A stretch of DNA of 64,000 bases from an uncultured delta proteobacterium (GTDB lineage: Bacteria > Desulfobacterota > Binatia > DP-6), in assembly GCA_963811605.1 (NCBI GenBank), contig CAWESA010000006.1, positions 837-64,836 of the forward strand, in the 5' to 3' direction. The notes beneath the pieces are model-generated. The model saw only the letters and a list, made by a program, of their open reading frames with translations, ran no database searches and had not been told where the DNA came from. Of the stretch, positions 38,840-48,547 are shown one piece after another. A program made the position numbers and the translations under genes. Every line of letters starts with the position of its first letter. Position 1 is the stretch's first letter.

Positions 38840-39751
38840 TCAGCGCCTGACGCCCTGCGCCGCTAGCCAGTCCTTGATGGTCTTCGTCACCAGCGCCGAA
38901 GCGTCCTGCTGCACGAAGTGCCCGGCGCCCGGGACGGTCACGAGCGTCCACGGGGCAGCGAGCCACTGCCACGTCCCGTTCAGGCCGGCAGCGAGCAGGA
39001 AGGGATCGGCGAGGCCGTGAATCTGCAGCACCGGCGCCTGCACGATCGGGAACTCGACGTCGGCGTACGGGGCTCTCGGATAGTTTCGCCGGTAGTAGTT
39101 CAGCATGGCCGTGAAGTCCGAGCGACGGAACGCGTCGACGTAGCGCGCCCGCGCGGCGGGATCGACGACCCAGGCCGCGAGGCCTTCGGCGGTCAGGCTG
39201 CGCTCCGCGCCCGCGACCTGGAACACGCGTGCGTACGAGCTGCTCGCCTGCTGCTGGGGATTGGTGCGCAGCTCGCGCAGGAGGCATCGGGGATGCGGCA
39301 GGTTCAGGATGACGAGCCGCTCGGTCATGGACGGGTAGAACATGGCGAACGTCCACGCCACCGCGCCGCCCCAGTCGTGCCCGACGACGACGGCCTTGTC
39401 CGCGCCGACGTCGCGGATCACCGCCGCCACGTCGCTCGCCAGCGTCGCGAGGTCGTACGCCTCGACGCCCGCCGGCTTGTCGCTCAGGTTGTAGCCGCGC
39501 TGGTCGATGGCGACGACCCGGTAGCGGCGCGACAGCGCCGCCATCTGATCGCGCCACGTGTACCAGAAGTCCGGAAAGCCGTGGATCATGACGATCAGCG
39601 GCCCCCGGCGGCCGAGCGCGGCGTAGTGGATGGTGACGCCGCCGTTGTCGGCATAGCCGTCGCGGACCCGGTCGTAGACGTCACGCGGCGCGCCGTGGAC
39701 GGATGCGGCGAGGCCCGTGAGCAGGAGCACGAGCGAGCAGAGACGGGTCAT
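38840..39751 (-). CDS. Exported alpha/beta hydrolase (epoxide-hydrolase-like)
   Basis: [36 protein letters not shown]; signal-peptide-like N-terminus. Confidence 0.88.
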   Translation of the reverse strand: MTRLCSLVLLLTGLAASVHGAPRDVYDRVRDGYADNGGVTIHYAALGRRGPLIVMIHGFPDFWYTWRDQMAALSRRYRVVAIDQRGYNLSDKPAGVEAYDLATLASDVAAVIRDVGADKAVVVGHDWGGAVAWTFAMFYPSMTERLVILNLPHPRCLLRELRTNPQQQASSSYARVFQVAGAERSLTAEGLAAWVVDPAARARYVDAFRRSDFTAMLNYYRRNYPRAPYADVEFPIVQAPVLQIHGLADPFLLAAGLNGTWQWLAAPWTLVTVPGAGHFVQQDASALVTKTIKDWLAAQGVRR

Positions 39752-39853
39752 GGCGGCGCGCTACCACGGCGGATGCCCGTCCGTCTGCCGGCGCGAGCCG
39801 GGGGGCGTGTGCGCCGGGCCGATCGGCCGTCCGGGCCGCCGAACGGCAGCGGG

Positions 39854-40975
39854 TCAGCCGATCGCGCCGGCCTCCGCCAGCCGGTCGACCTCGTCGCCCG
39901 ACAGGCCGTACTCCGCGAGCACGGCGCGGGTGTGCTCGCCGACCCTGGGCAGGGGACGCGACCCGTCGCCGGGGGTCCGCAGCAGCCGCGGGGCCGGGGC
40001 CGGCTCCCGCTTGCCCTGCGGGTCGGCGATGAGGAGTCCGCGCGCACGATTGTGGGGATGCTCGTGCGCCTCGCCGAGCGACAGGATCGGCGCCACGCAG
40101 GCGTCGGTGCCGTCGAAGACGGCGCACCACTCGGCACGCGTGCGGCTCGCGAACAGCTCGGCGAAGCGCGCCGCCGTGCCCGGCCACGACGCCTGATCCA
40201 TCTGCGCCGGCATGCTGGCGGCGTCGAGGCCCAGCCCCTCGAGGAGCGCGGCGTAGAACTGCGGCTCGATGGCCCCGACCGACATGTACGCGCCGTCCTT
40301 GGTCCGGTAGGTGTCGTAGAAGGGCGCGCCCGTGTCGAGCAGGTTGGTGCCGCGCTCGTCGCGCCACATGCCGGAGTTGCGGAACTTGTAGACGAAGGTC
40401 GCGATGTAGGCGGCGCCGTCGACCATGGCCGCGTCGACCACCTGGCCCCGCCCGGAGTGCGCGCGCTCGAGCAGCGCGAGACACACGCCGAGCGCGCACA
40501 GCATCCCGCCGCCCGCGAAATCGCCGAGCAGGTTGACCGGCGGCACCGGCTTCTCGCCCTTGCGGCCGAGGAGCGAGAGGGCGCCGGAGATGGCGATGTA
40601 GTTGATGTCGTGCCCGGCCATCGCGGCGTACGGCCCGTCCTGTCCGAACCCGGTGAGACGGGCGTAGACGAGACGCGGATTGCGGGCGCACGCGACGTCC
40701 GGACCGAGACCGAGGCGTTCCATGACGCCCGGCCGGTACGGCTCCAGCAGCACGTCGGCGCGCTCGACGAGCCGGAGCACCGTCTCGACACCCTCGGGAC
40801 TCTTCAGGTTGACGGCGACCGATCGCTTGCCCCGCGCCAGCTGGTCGACCGACCCGGCGCCGACCCGATCGACGCGGACGACGTCGGCGCCGAAGTCGGC
40901 CAGGATCATCCCGCAGAACGGCGCGGGGGCCAGCCCGGCCATCTCGACGACGCGAGTTCCCTCGAGAGCGCTCAT
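39854..40975 (-). CDS. CaiB/BaiF family III CoA-transferase, alpha-methylacyl-CoA racemase-like
   Basis: PAPFCGMILADFGADV, YRPGVMERLGLG, AGHDINY, NLLGDFAGG, NLLDTGAPFY, VGAIEPQFY. Confidence 0.92.
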   Translation of the reverse strand: MSALEGTRVVEMAGLAPAPFCGMILADFGADVVRVDRVGAGSVDQLARGKRSVAVNLKSPEGVETVLRLVERADVLLEPYRPGVMERLGLGPDVACARNPRLVYARLTGFGQDGPYAAMAGHDINYIAISGALSLLGRKGEKPVPPVNLLGDFAGGGMLCALGVCLALLERAHSGRGQVVDAAMVDGAAYIATFVYKFRNSGMWRDERGTNLLDTGAPFYDTYRTKDGAYMSVGAIEPQFYAALLEGLGLDAASMPAQMDQASWPGTAARFAELFASRTRAEWCAVFDGTDACVAPILSLGEAHEHPHNRARGLLIADPQGKREPAPAPRLLRTPGDGSRPLPRVGEHTRAVLAEYGLSGDEVDRLAEAGAIG

Positions 40976-41049
40976 GCGCCGCCATCCCTAACGGAGACCG
41001 CGCGACCAACTCAAGCGGAGCGGGCCGGCCGGCTGTCCGACGCGGTTAT

Positions 41050-41064
41050 TGCACCACGAGTGCA
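41050..41064. promoter_or_regulatory. TGCA-N7-TGCA site (TGCACCACGAGTGCA) between the divergent CoA-transferase and GST genes
   Basis: TGCAC-N5-GTGCA palindrome 19 nt upstream of the GST ATG. Confidence 0.55.
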
Positions 41065-41083
41065 CAATCAGGTATCGCCGCGC

Positions 41084-42178
41084 ATGGCCGACTCCCCGCG
41101 TCCGTTCCGGTTCTACGCCGCCGAGATGTCCTACTTCTCGGGCAAGGTCCGTCCGGCCCTGCGCGCCAAGCGGGTGCCGTTCGACGAGATCCTGCCCACG
41201 ACACGGGCATACCGCGAGGTCATCGTCCCCCGGACGGGCCTCGCCATGATCCCCACGATCGTGACGCCCGAGGACGAGACCTGGCAGGACACGAGCGACA
41301 TCCTCGACGCCCTGGAGGCACGCTTCCCGGAGCCCGCCCTCTACCCGGCGACGCCCGTGCAGCGCCTGTCGTCCTTCCTGATCGAGCTGTACGCGGACGA
41401 GTTCCTGATCCTGCCCGGGCTGCACTACCGCTGGAGCACCGCGGAGGGCGAGACGCGGGCCCGCCAGGAGTTCGCGATCATGACCGCGGATCCGCCGCGC
41501 GCCGACAAGTTCGCCAGCGCGGTCCGCATGTTCACGAGGGTGGTGGGCGTGCAGGAGGACACGATCCCCGCCATCGAGGCGCATACCCACGACCTGCTCG
41601 CGGCGCTCGAGGCGCACTTCGCCGAGCATGCGTTCCTGCTGGGTGAACGGCCATCTCTCGCCGACTGCGGGCTCATGGGCCCGTTCTACGGGCACTTCTA
41701 CCTCGACCTCGTTCCCGGCGCCCTGCTGCGCGCGACGGCGCCGCGCACGTGTCACTGGATCGAGCGCATGAACCATCCCGATCCGGATTCCTTCGGCGCC
41801 TGGCTGCCGGACGATACGCTGGCGCCGACGCTGCGCCCGATCCTCGACCTGGTGGGTCGCGACGCCGCACCGCTGATCCTCGACACGGTGCGCGCGTTCG
41901 AGGACTGGGCCGACGGCCAGCAGCCCTCGGACGACGAGCTGCCGCGCGGGGTCGGCATGCACCGCGCGCGCCTGCGGGGCGTCGGATTCGAGCGCTTCAC
42001 CGTGTCGTACACGCTGTGGATGCTGCAGCGCCTCGAGGCAGCGCACGCCGCGCTCGACGACACCGGCCGTGCGGCCGTGGCGGCCGCGCTCGCGGGGACC
42101 GGTGGCGAGTCGCTGCTCGCCTACGCGCCGCGGCATCGGGTGGTGCGGCGGCCGTACCGGCTCTTCCTCGAGCGCTAG
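41084..42178 (+). CDS. Atypical long glutathione S-transferase-family protein (paralogue of 27271-28269)
   Basis: SYFSGKVRPALRAK, MIPTIV, QDTSDI, HYRW, GERPSLADCG, WIERM. Confidence 0.85.
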   Translation: MADSPRPFRFYAAEMSYFSGKVRPALRAKRVPFDEILPTTRAYREVIVPRTGLAMIPTIVTPEDETWQDTSDILDALEARFPEPALYPATPVQRLSSFLIELYADEFLILPGLHYRWSTAEGETRARQEFAIMTADPPRADKFASAVRMFTRVVGVQEDTIPAIEAHTHDLLAALEAHFAEHAFLLGERPSLADCGLMGPFYGHFYLDLVPGALLRATAPRTCHWIERMNHPDPDSFGAWLPDDTLAPTLRPILDLVGRDAAPLILDTVRAFEDWADGQQPSDDELPRGVGMHRARLRGVGFERFTVSYTLWMLQRLEAAHAALDDTGRAAVAAALAGTGGESLLAYAPRHRVVRRPYRLFLER

Positions 42179-42196
42179 GAGCGGCCGCGAACTTCT

Positions 42197-42211
42197 TGCA
42201 GTAGAAGTGCA
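42197..42211. promoter_or_regulatory. TGCA-N7-TGCA site (TGCAGTAGAAGTGCA) upstream of the sulfatase operon
   Basis: Overlaps a TTGCAG-N18-TATGGT promoter-like pair; 21 nt upstream of the ATG at 42233. Confidence 0.55.
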
Positions 42212-42232
42212 TATAGGACTATGGTCCCGGCC

Positions 42233-43801
42233 ATGGGACGCAAGATCCTCTTCATCACGACGGACCAGCAGCGCTACGACGCGCTCGGCTGCAACGGCGG
42301 CACGGTCGCGCGTACGCCGGTGGTGGATCGCCTCGCCGCCGCCGGTCTCAACTTCCGGCGCGCGCACAACCAGAACGTGGTCTGCATGCCGGCGCGCTCC
42401 ACGATGGTGACGGGGCAGTACGTCCGCACGCACGGGGTCTTCGCCAACGGCGTGTCGCTGCCCGCGGACGCGCCCAGCGTGGCGGCTGCGCTGCACGGGC
42501 ACGGCTACCGCACCGCGCTGATCGGCAAGGCGCACTTCGAGCCGGCGATGGACATGCGCGGGCGCTGGTTCGAGAATCGCATGGCACGCGAGGGCTCCAC
42601 CGGTCCGCACCGAGGCTTCGAGCACATGGAGCTGGCCATGCACGTCCCGCTCGGCGGGTGGCACTATTCGCTGTACATACAGAGGGAGCACCCCGAGGCG
42701 ATGAGCGGCTTCGCGCCGCTGCTCTCCGCGCAGGGGGGTGGCGAGACGGGCGCGCCCGAGGTGGCGTACAATCCCATCCCGCGCGAGTGGTATCACACCG
42801 ACTGGGTCGCCGACCGCACCATCGCATGGCTCGACGCCTTGCCCGCCGACGCCGACTGGTTCTGCTGGATGAGCTTCCCCGATCCCCATCATCCCTGGGA
42901 CCCACCGGCGTCGGAAGCGAAGCGCGTGCCGTGGCGCGAGCTCGATCTCCCCCCCGGCCACCCCGGCTCGCGCGACCGCATCGTCGAGATCCTGAAGCAG
43001 AAGCCGTCGCACTGGCTGGCGTGGTGGGAAGGCCGGTGGCGCAACTACGAGGGCGGTCCGATGAGCTTCGTCCCGAAGGACCTGACGGACGATCAGATCC
43101 GCGAGGTGAACGCGCTCACCCACGTCGAGAACGAGCTGATCGACGAGGCGTGCGGCCGGGTGCTGCGCCGCATCGCCGAGCGCGGGTGGGACGCCGACAC
43201 CGACGTCTTCTTCACCACCGACCACGGAGAGCTGCAGGGTGACTTCGGCCTGCTCTACAAGGGCCCGTACCACACCGACGCGCTCATGCGGATTCCCTTC
43301 GTGTGGCGTCCGGCGCCGTCCGCGGGCGTGGCGCCATCGGTCATCGAGGAGCCCGTCGGCCAGCTCGATCTGGCGCCCACGTTCTGCCGGATCGCGGGTG
43401 CGGAGGTCCCCGACTGGATGCAGGGCGCGCCGCTGCCCACGGCCCCCGGCTCGGGCCGCGAGCGCGTCCTCACCGAGTGGGACAGCCAGTTCGCGCAGGT
43501 GGGCATGCACCTGCGGACCATCTACCGCGACGGGTACATCTGCACGGTCTACGAGCCGAGCACGCGGGACGTGGGCTGGGATCTCGCGCGCATGATCGCG
43601 GGTGGCGACGTCCCGCTCCCCGATCTGCGCTACGAGGGGACGGAGGGCGAGCTGTACGACGTGCGCGCCGATCCGCACCAGTGGCGCAACCTGTGGAACG
43701 ACCCGGGCTCTGCGAAGCTCAGGTCCGACCTGGTCGCCGACCTCTACGACTCGCTGCCCCGGCCGCGCGAGGAGCCGCTACCGGTGCAGGCGCCGGCGTG
43801 A
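42233..43801 (+). CDS. Formylglycine-dependent (Cys-type) sulfatase
   Basis: ILFITTDQQR, CMPARSTMVTG (CxPxR), GKAH, FTTDHG, ELYD..DP.QWRNLW. Alternative start at 42221. Confidence 0.92.
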   Translation: MGRKILFITTDQQRYDALGCNGGTVARTPVVDRLAAAGLNFRRAHNQNVVCMPARSTMVTGQYVRTHGVFANGVSLPADAPSVAAALHGHGYRTALIGKAHFEPAMDMRGRWFENRMAREGSTGPHRGFEHMELAMHVPLGGWHYSLYIQREHPEAMSGFAPLLSAQGGGETGAPEVAYNPIPREWYHTDWVADRTIAWLDALPADADWFCWMSFPDPHHPWDPPASEAKRVPWRELDLPPGHPGSRDRIVEILKQKPSHWLAWWEGRWRNYEGGPMSFVPKDLTDDQIREVNALTHVENELIDEACGRVLRRIAERGWDADTDVFFTTDHGELQGDFGLLYKGPYHTDALMRIPFVWRPAPSAGVAPSVIEEPVGQLDLAPTFCRIAGAEVPDWMQGAPLPTAPGSGRERVLTEWDSQFAQVGMHLRTIYRDGYICTVYEPSTRDVGWDLARMIAGGDVPLPDLRYEGTEGELYDVRADPHQWRNLWNDPGSAKLRSDLVADLYDSLPRPREEPLPVQAPA

Positions 43802-43935
43802 GCAGCGGCTGGGGCTACGCGCTCCTCTGCGTGACCATCCCCGCGCTGTGGGGACTCGTCATGGTGGCGGTGTTCGATCGCTGGGAGCGTCGCCGGGGCC
43901 GGCAACGGCGCCACCCCACCGACTACTCCATCTGA
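43798..43935 (+). CDS. 45-aa single-TM microprotein
   Basis: GTG overlaps the sulfatase TGA (GTGA); reads MSSGWGYALLCVTIPALWGLVMVAVFDRWERRRGRQRRHPTDYSI; fills the gap before TauE. Confidence 0.6.
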   Translation: MSSGWGYALLCVTIPALWGLVMVAVFDRWERRRGRQRRHPTDYSI

Positions 43936-43947
43936 CCGGCGCGGCGC

Positions 43948-44850
43948 ATGGAGCCGTGGCTCGTCGTCGACGGACACGCCGTCTGGCTGCCGGGCATCGC
44001 CGCCCTCGGCGTGGTCGTCGGCTGGGTCGCGGGCATGTTCGGCGTGGGCGGCGGCTTCCTGCTCACGCCGCTCCTGACCGTCGTGTTCGGGGTGCCGCTC
44101 GAGATCGCCATCGGCACCGGCCTCTGCCAGATGATCGGCACCGCGACGGCGGCTCTCCTGCGCCATCGTCGGCTCGGACAGGGAGAGATCCGCTTCGACC
44201 TGCTCGCGCTCGCGGGCAGCGTGCTGGGCGTCGGCGCCGGCGCGCGCACGCTCGGCTGGCTCGAGACGCTGGGCTCCGTCCAGATCGGCGCGGGGACGAT
44301 CCCGGTCGTGCGCCTCGTCGCGATGCTGTCGTATGCCGGAGTGCTGCTCGGCGCCGCGGTGGTCTTCGGCCGCGGCGGCCGCGGCGGGCTGGAGAGCGCC
44401 GCGCACACGCGCCGCGGCCCCCTGGCTCGCGTGCGCATTCCGCCCCTGGTCGATCTGCCGGCCGCCCGGCTGCACGACGTCTCGGCGACGCTGATGGCCT
44501 ACGTCGGCCTCGGCCTCGGATTCCTGAGCGGCTTGCTCGGGCTCGGCAGCGGCATCGTGCTGATGCCGCTGCTGGTCTACGGGCTCGGCTTCCCGCTGCG
44601 GCAGGCGGCGGGCACGGGAATCCTCGTACTCGTCACGACAAGCATCGCCGGCACGCTCATCCACGCGCGCCTCGGCCACGTGCACCTGGGGCTGGCCATG
44701 ACGCTGCTCGTGGGCTCCACGGTGAGCGCGCAGCTGGGGGCGCGCGCCAGCCGCCATGTCGCGACCCGGACGCTGCGGCGGGTCTTCGCCGGCCTCATCC
44801 TCCTGACCGTCCTGGCGATCGCGTGGGACCTCGCCCGCCGGCTCGGCTGA
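43948..44850 (+). CDS. TauE/SafE (sulfite exporter) family permease
   Basis: GMFGVGGGFLLTP and GLLGLGSGIVLMP repeats, AIGT/AAGT motifs, about 8 TM segments. Confidence 0.9.
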   Translation: MEPWLVVDGHAVWLPGIAALGVVVGWVAGMFGVGGGFLLTPLLTVVFGVPLEIAIGTGLCQMIGTATAALLRHRRLGQGEIRFDLLALAGSVLGVGAGARTLGWLETLGSVQIGAGTIPVVRLVAMLSYAGVLLGAAVVFGRGGRGGLESAAHTRRGPLARVRIPPLVDLPAARLHDVSATLMAYVGLGLGFLSGLLGLGSGIVLMPLLVYGLGFPLRQAAGTGILVLVTTSIAGTLIHARLGHVHLGLAMTLLVGSTVSAQLGARASRHVATRTLRRVFAGLILLTVLAIAWDLARRLG

Positions 44851-44868
44851 CGCGCCCCGCGCGCGATC

Positions 44869-45609
44869 CTAGGCCAGCACGCGCGCCAGGAAGTCCCGCA
44901 TGTCCTGCCACGAGCGCGTGTCGGCCTCGGCATCGTAGCCGACGGGGAAGCCGCCGAACCTCTTCGCCACCACGTCGGCGTCGGGATTGGTGAAGGCGTG
45001 GTGTGCGCCGGGGTAGGTGACGATCCGGTAGTCGGCCTTCGCCTGGTCCATCTCCGCCGTGAAGGCGGCGACGTCCGTGTCGGGCACGAGGCTGTCGGCC
45101 GCGCCGTGACAGACGAGGATCTTGGCCTTCACGCTCCCGGGCGCCGGCGTGTGGAACGAGCTCAGCGCCCCGTGGAAGCTGACCACGCCGCGCAGCGGCA
45201 GCCCGGTGCGGGCGGCGTGCAGGACGACGGCGCCGCCGAAGCAGTAGCCGATGGCGGCGATGCGCTCGGGGTCGACCGACGGCTGCGACCGCAGCAGCTC
45301 GTATCCGGCGCGAAAGCGCGCCTCGGCGGCCTGCCGGTCGGACAGGACGGCGTTCATGATCGCCCCGGCATCGGTCGGATCGTCGGCGACGCGGCCGCCG
45401 CCGTACATGTCGACCGCCAGCGCCGGGTAGCCGAGCTCGGCCAGCATGCGCGCGCGCCGCCGGGGATAGTCGTTCAGACCCCACCACTCGTGCACCACCA
45501 GCACGCCGGGACGGGGGCCCGGTCTCGTCGTGTCCGTGGCGAGGAAGCCGCGCAGCGGGGTGTCGCCGGCGGCGTAGGTGACGGTCTCGGTCCGGATCGC
45601 GTCGTTCAT
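44869..45609 (-). CDS. Dienelactone hydrolase-family protein
   Basis: VVHEWWGLN, GYCFGG nucleophile, SFHG, HGAAD, HAFTNP. Confidence 0.92.
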   Translation of the reverse strand: MNDAIRTETVTYAAGDTPLRGFLATDTTRPGPRPGVLVVHEWWGLNDYPRRRARMLAELGYPALAVDMYGGGRVADDPTDAGAIMNAVLSDRQAAEARFRAGYELLRSQPSVDPERIAAIGYCFGGAVVLHAARTGLPLRGVVSFHGALSSFHTPAPGSVKAKILVCHGAADSLVPDTDVAAFTAEMDQAKADYRIVTYPGAHHAFTNPDADVVAKRFGGFPVGYDAEADTRSWQDMRDFLARVLA

Positions 45610-45696
45610 GATGGCGTCCTGCCACGGGCGTCCGCTCGACGCCACCGCCGGGACGCCGCTTGAGTCGTCGGGTCGCTCTGGCCTACGACGTCGCGC

Positions 45697-46305
45697 ATGA
45701 AGCTCTATGATGCGAAGACCGCTCCCAATCCCCGCCGCGTCCGCATTTTCCTCGCCGAGAAGGGGATCACGGTGCCGGTCGAGCAGGTCGACATCATGAC
45801 GGCGCGCAACCGCGAGCCGGCGTTCCGCGCCAAGAACCCGCTGGGGACGCTGCCCGTGCTCGAGCTCGACGACGGCACGACGATCGCGGAGAGCGTCGCC
45901 ATCTGCCGCTACTTCGAGGAGATCCACCCGGAGCCGCCGCTCATGGGAGCCGACGCGAAGGATCGCGCCCTGGTCGAGATGTGGCAGCGGCGGATGGAGT
46001 ACGAGGTCTTCCTGCCCATCACCCAGGTGTTCCGCAACGAGCACGCCTTCTTCGCGGGCCGCATCCCCCAGGTGGCGGAGTACGGCGCGGTCTGCCGCAC
46101 GCACGCGGTGCAGCGGCTCGCCTGGCTCGACGAGGTGCTCGCCGAGCGTCCCTTCGTGGCCGGCGAGCGCTACACCATCGCCGACATCACCGCGCTGTGC
46201 GCGATCGACTTCGGCCGTGTGAGCGCCATCCGCATCCAGCCCGACCAGCGGAACCTGCAGCGCTGGCACGACGCCGTCTCGAGCCGGCCCAGCGCACGCG
46301 CGTGA
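45697..46305 (+). CDS. Glutathione S-transferase-family protein (canonical size)
   Basis: APNPRRVRIFLAEKG, NPLGTLPVLELDDG, ESVAICRY, YTIADIT. Confidence 0.92.
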   Translation: MKLYDAKTAPNPRRVRIFLAEKGITVPVEQVDIMTARNREPAFRAKNPLGTLPVLELDDGTTIAESVAICRYFEEIHPEPPLMGADAKDRALVEMWQRRMEYEVFLPITQVFRNEHAFFAGRIPQVAEYGAVCRTHAVQRLAWLDEVLAERPFVAGERYTIADITALCAIDFGRVSAIRIQPDQRNLQRWHDAVSSRPSARA

Positions 46306-47681
46306 TCGGGCGGGGGTGCCACCCGCGGCGCGGGCAGCGGCTCGTCGTCGCCCTGTGCGTCGTCTGGAGCCTGCGGACCGCTGCATCGGCGCGCGCCGTG
46401 CCGGACGCGAGCGATCTGGCCGCGTTCACCGCCACCCTCGACGCCATCGTCGCGCGCGAGCGCCCGGACGGCGGCTGGACCTTCGAGGGCGCGGGTGGCC
46501 AGCGTCCGCATCCCTTCACGCTGGTGATGCAGGCGGCGGAGACCGTGGCGTCGCCGCTCGGGCTGGCCACCTGGGACCTGCTGGTCGTGCGGAGCCCGGG
46601 CACGCCGGCGGCGGCGTCGCTCCTGCTCGCTGGCCATCGCCTGACCGGCCGTCCCGCCTACCTCGATGCGGCCCGGCGCGCCGGCGATCTGCTGGTCGCG
46701 ACGCAGCTCGCGTCGGGCGGCTGGTTCTCCGAGATGCCGGCGGAGGGTCCGCGGCTCAGCGCCTGGTTCCCGTTGATCGCGGTGCGCACCACCCTGGACG
46801 ATGACGTCACCCCCGGCGCGATCCGCGTCCTGCTGGCCCTGTGGGAGGAGACCGGCGATCCGCGCTACCGCGAAGCGGGAGAGCGCGGCCTCGACCTGCT
46901 GGTGCGCGCGCAGCTCCCGGCGGGCGGCTGGCCGCACGTATGGCGTCCTGGCTGGCTGCGCGCGCTGCGCGCGTCGCGCGAGGATCATCCGAGCCTGAAC
47001 GACGGACTCACGCCGATCATCGTCGAGACGCTGCTGGCGGCGTCTGACATGCTCGAGCGTCCCGACCTGGCCCGCGCGGCGGCGCGGGGTGGGGACTGGC
47101 TGCTCGCCGTGCAGCGGCCCCCGCCGCGTGCCGGCTGGGCGCAGCAGTACGACGAGGCCGGCCGTCCCGCGGGCATGCGACGCTTCGAGCCGGCGGCGCT
47201 GGCGACCTGGGAGTCACGCCATGCCATCGACGCGCTCGAAGCGCTGGCGCGCGCCACCGGCGACGGGCGCTGGTGTCCTGCCGCGCGCCGCGCCGCCGTC
47301 TGGCTCCGCGACGCGGCAGGACGGCCCGGCTGCTGGGCCCGCTTCTACTCGCTCGACGACGGTGCGCCGCTCTATCTCGCCGGCGACGGCACGCGCGTCA
47401 CGACCGTCGCCGCGGCGCGGCCGGGATACGACTGGCAGGGCGACTTCGGCATCTCCGCCGTGGTGCGGCGCATGGCGCTGGGCGGAGGGGAGACGGCCGA
47501 CGTGCCGCTGCCCGGCGATCCGGGTGCGTGTCCCGGGGCGCCCGACCCGATGCGTGCGGGACATGGCGTCCGCAGCCTGATCGCCCGGGCGGGGGCGCAG
47601 CTCGCCGCGCTCTCGCCGCCGCCGCCATCCGCCTGCGCGCCCGTGCCGCTCGAGGTTGTTGACGCGCACGGCCTTCGCTAG
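46302..47681 (+). CDS. PL10 (pectic acid lyase, PelA/Pel-15E)-like alpha/alpha-barrel secreted protein
   Basis: GTG overlaps the GST stop; Q...GGW repeats, [20 protein letters not shown]...P..MRRFEP..L...ES. Confidence 0.7.
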   Translation: MIGRGCHPRRGQRLVVALCVVWSLRTAASARAVPDASDLAAFTATLDAIVARERPDGGWTFEGAGGQRPHPFTLVMQAAETVASPLGLATWDLLVVRSPGTPAAASLLLAGHRLTGRPAYLDAARRAGDLLVATQLASGGWFSEMPAEGPRLSAWFPLIAVRTTLDDDVTPGAIRVLLALWEETGDPRYREAGERGLDLLVRAQLPAGGWPHVWRPGWLRALRASREDHPSLNDGLTPIIVETLLAASDMLERPDLARAAARGGDWLLAVQRPPPRAGWAQQYDEAGRPAGMRRFEPAALATWESRHAIDALEALARATGDGRWCPAARRAAVWLRDAAGRPGCWARFYSLDDGAPLYLAGDGTRVTTVAAARPGYDWQGDFGISAVVRRMALGGGETADVPLPGDPGACPGAPDPMRAGHGVRSLIARAGAQLAALSPPPPSACAPVPLEVVDAHGLR

Positions 47682-47692
47682 GGTCGGCGCGC

Positions 47693-48307
47693 ATGATCGC
47701 CTGTCTCGACCTGGAGGGAGTGCTGGTCCCGGAGATCTGGATCGCCGTCGCGGAGCGCACGGGTATCGCGGCGCTGCGGCGGACGACGCGCGACGAGCCC
47801 GACTACGACAAGCTCATGCGTGGCCGGCTCGCCATCCTCGACGAGCATCGCCTGGGACTTCCCGACATCCAGGCCGTGATCGGTACGATGGAGCCCCTCG
47901 ACGGCGCGCTCGAGTTTCTCGACTGGCTGCGGAGCCACACCCAGGTGATCATCCTGTCGGACACGTTCGAGCAGTTCGCGGCTCCGCTGATGCGCAAGCT
48001 CGGCTGGCCGACGCTCTTCTGCCACGCGCTCGCGGTGGACGCCGGCGGCCGCATCACCGGGTACCGCCTGCGTATCCGCGACGGGAAGCGGCGCGCGGTC
48101 GAGGCGCTGCGTGCCCTCGCGTTCCGCGTGGTCGCGGCCGGCGACTCCTACAACGACATCACCATGCTCGCCGCCGCCGACGGCGGCATCCTGTTCCGTC
48201 CGCCGCAGAACGTCATCGACGACTTTGCGCAGTTTCCCGTGACGCGCACCTACGCCGAGCTGCGGGACGCGTTCGTGCGCCACGCCAACGGCGAGCTCAC
48301 CGCGTAG
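47693..48307 (+). CDS. thrH: Phosphoserine phosphatase / homoserine phosphotransferase
   Basis: [44 protein letters not shown]. Confidence 0.93.
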   Translation: MIACLDLEGVLVPEIWIAVAERTGIAALRRTTRDEPDYDKLMRGRLAILDEHRLGLPDIQAVIGTMEPLDGALEFLDWLRSHTQVIILSDTFEQFAAPLMRKLGWPTLFCHALAVDAGGRITGYRLRIRDGKRRAVEALRALAFRVVAAGDSYNDITMLAAADGGILFRPPQNVIDDFAQFPVTRTYAELRDAFVRHANGELTA

Positions 48308-48546
48308 TGACCCTGGCGCCGACGCGCGGGCGACTGGTCGCCGCCGTGGCGGTCGCGCTCGTCGCGGGCGCGTGGTTCTGGGCCGGCACCTGGCTGACGC
48401 TCGAGTGGGTGGATCAGGGCCAGATCGTCTACGGCGCGTGGCGGGTCGCGCGCGGCGATCTGCCGTACCGCGACTTCGACCACCTCTACGGACCGTCGCT
48501 CTTCTTCCTGAACGGCGAGCTCCTGCGCTGGTTCGGCGAGGACACC
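48307..48546 (+). pseudogene. 5' stub of a GT-C-like membrane glycosyltransferase, truncated at the junction
   Basis: TM helix then DQGQIVYGAWRVARGDLPYRDFDHLYGP; reading stops 4 codons into foreign sequence. Confidence 0.6.
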
Positions 48547-48547
48547 C

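Noticed and set aside
22352-42211. TGCA sites as NtrC boxes or sigma54 promoters
   Set aside because: NtrC boxes have TGCA-N9-TGCA spacing, and no TGGCAC-N5-TTGC pattern is present.
1595-47217. Many long Arg/Ala/Pro/Gly-rich ORFs (e.g. 1595-3859, 8775-10796, 18814-21687, 26938-30777, 33685-36510, 40988-43678)
   Set aside because: They are antisense or off-frame shadows of real genes in very GC-rich DNA and have no recognisable motifs.
47678-48546. C-terminal 290 aa of the 685-aa IS1634 ORF
   Set aside because: It is read-through antisense to thrH and the GT stub after the junction, not transposase sequence.
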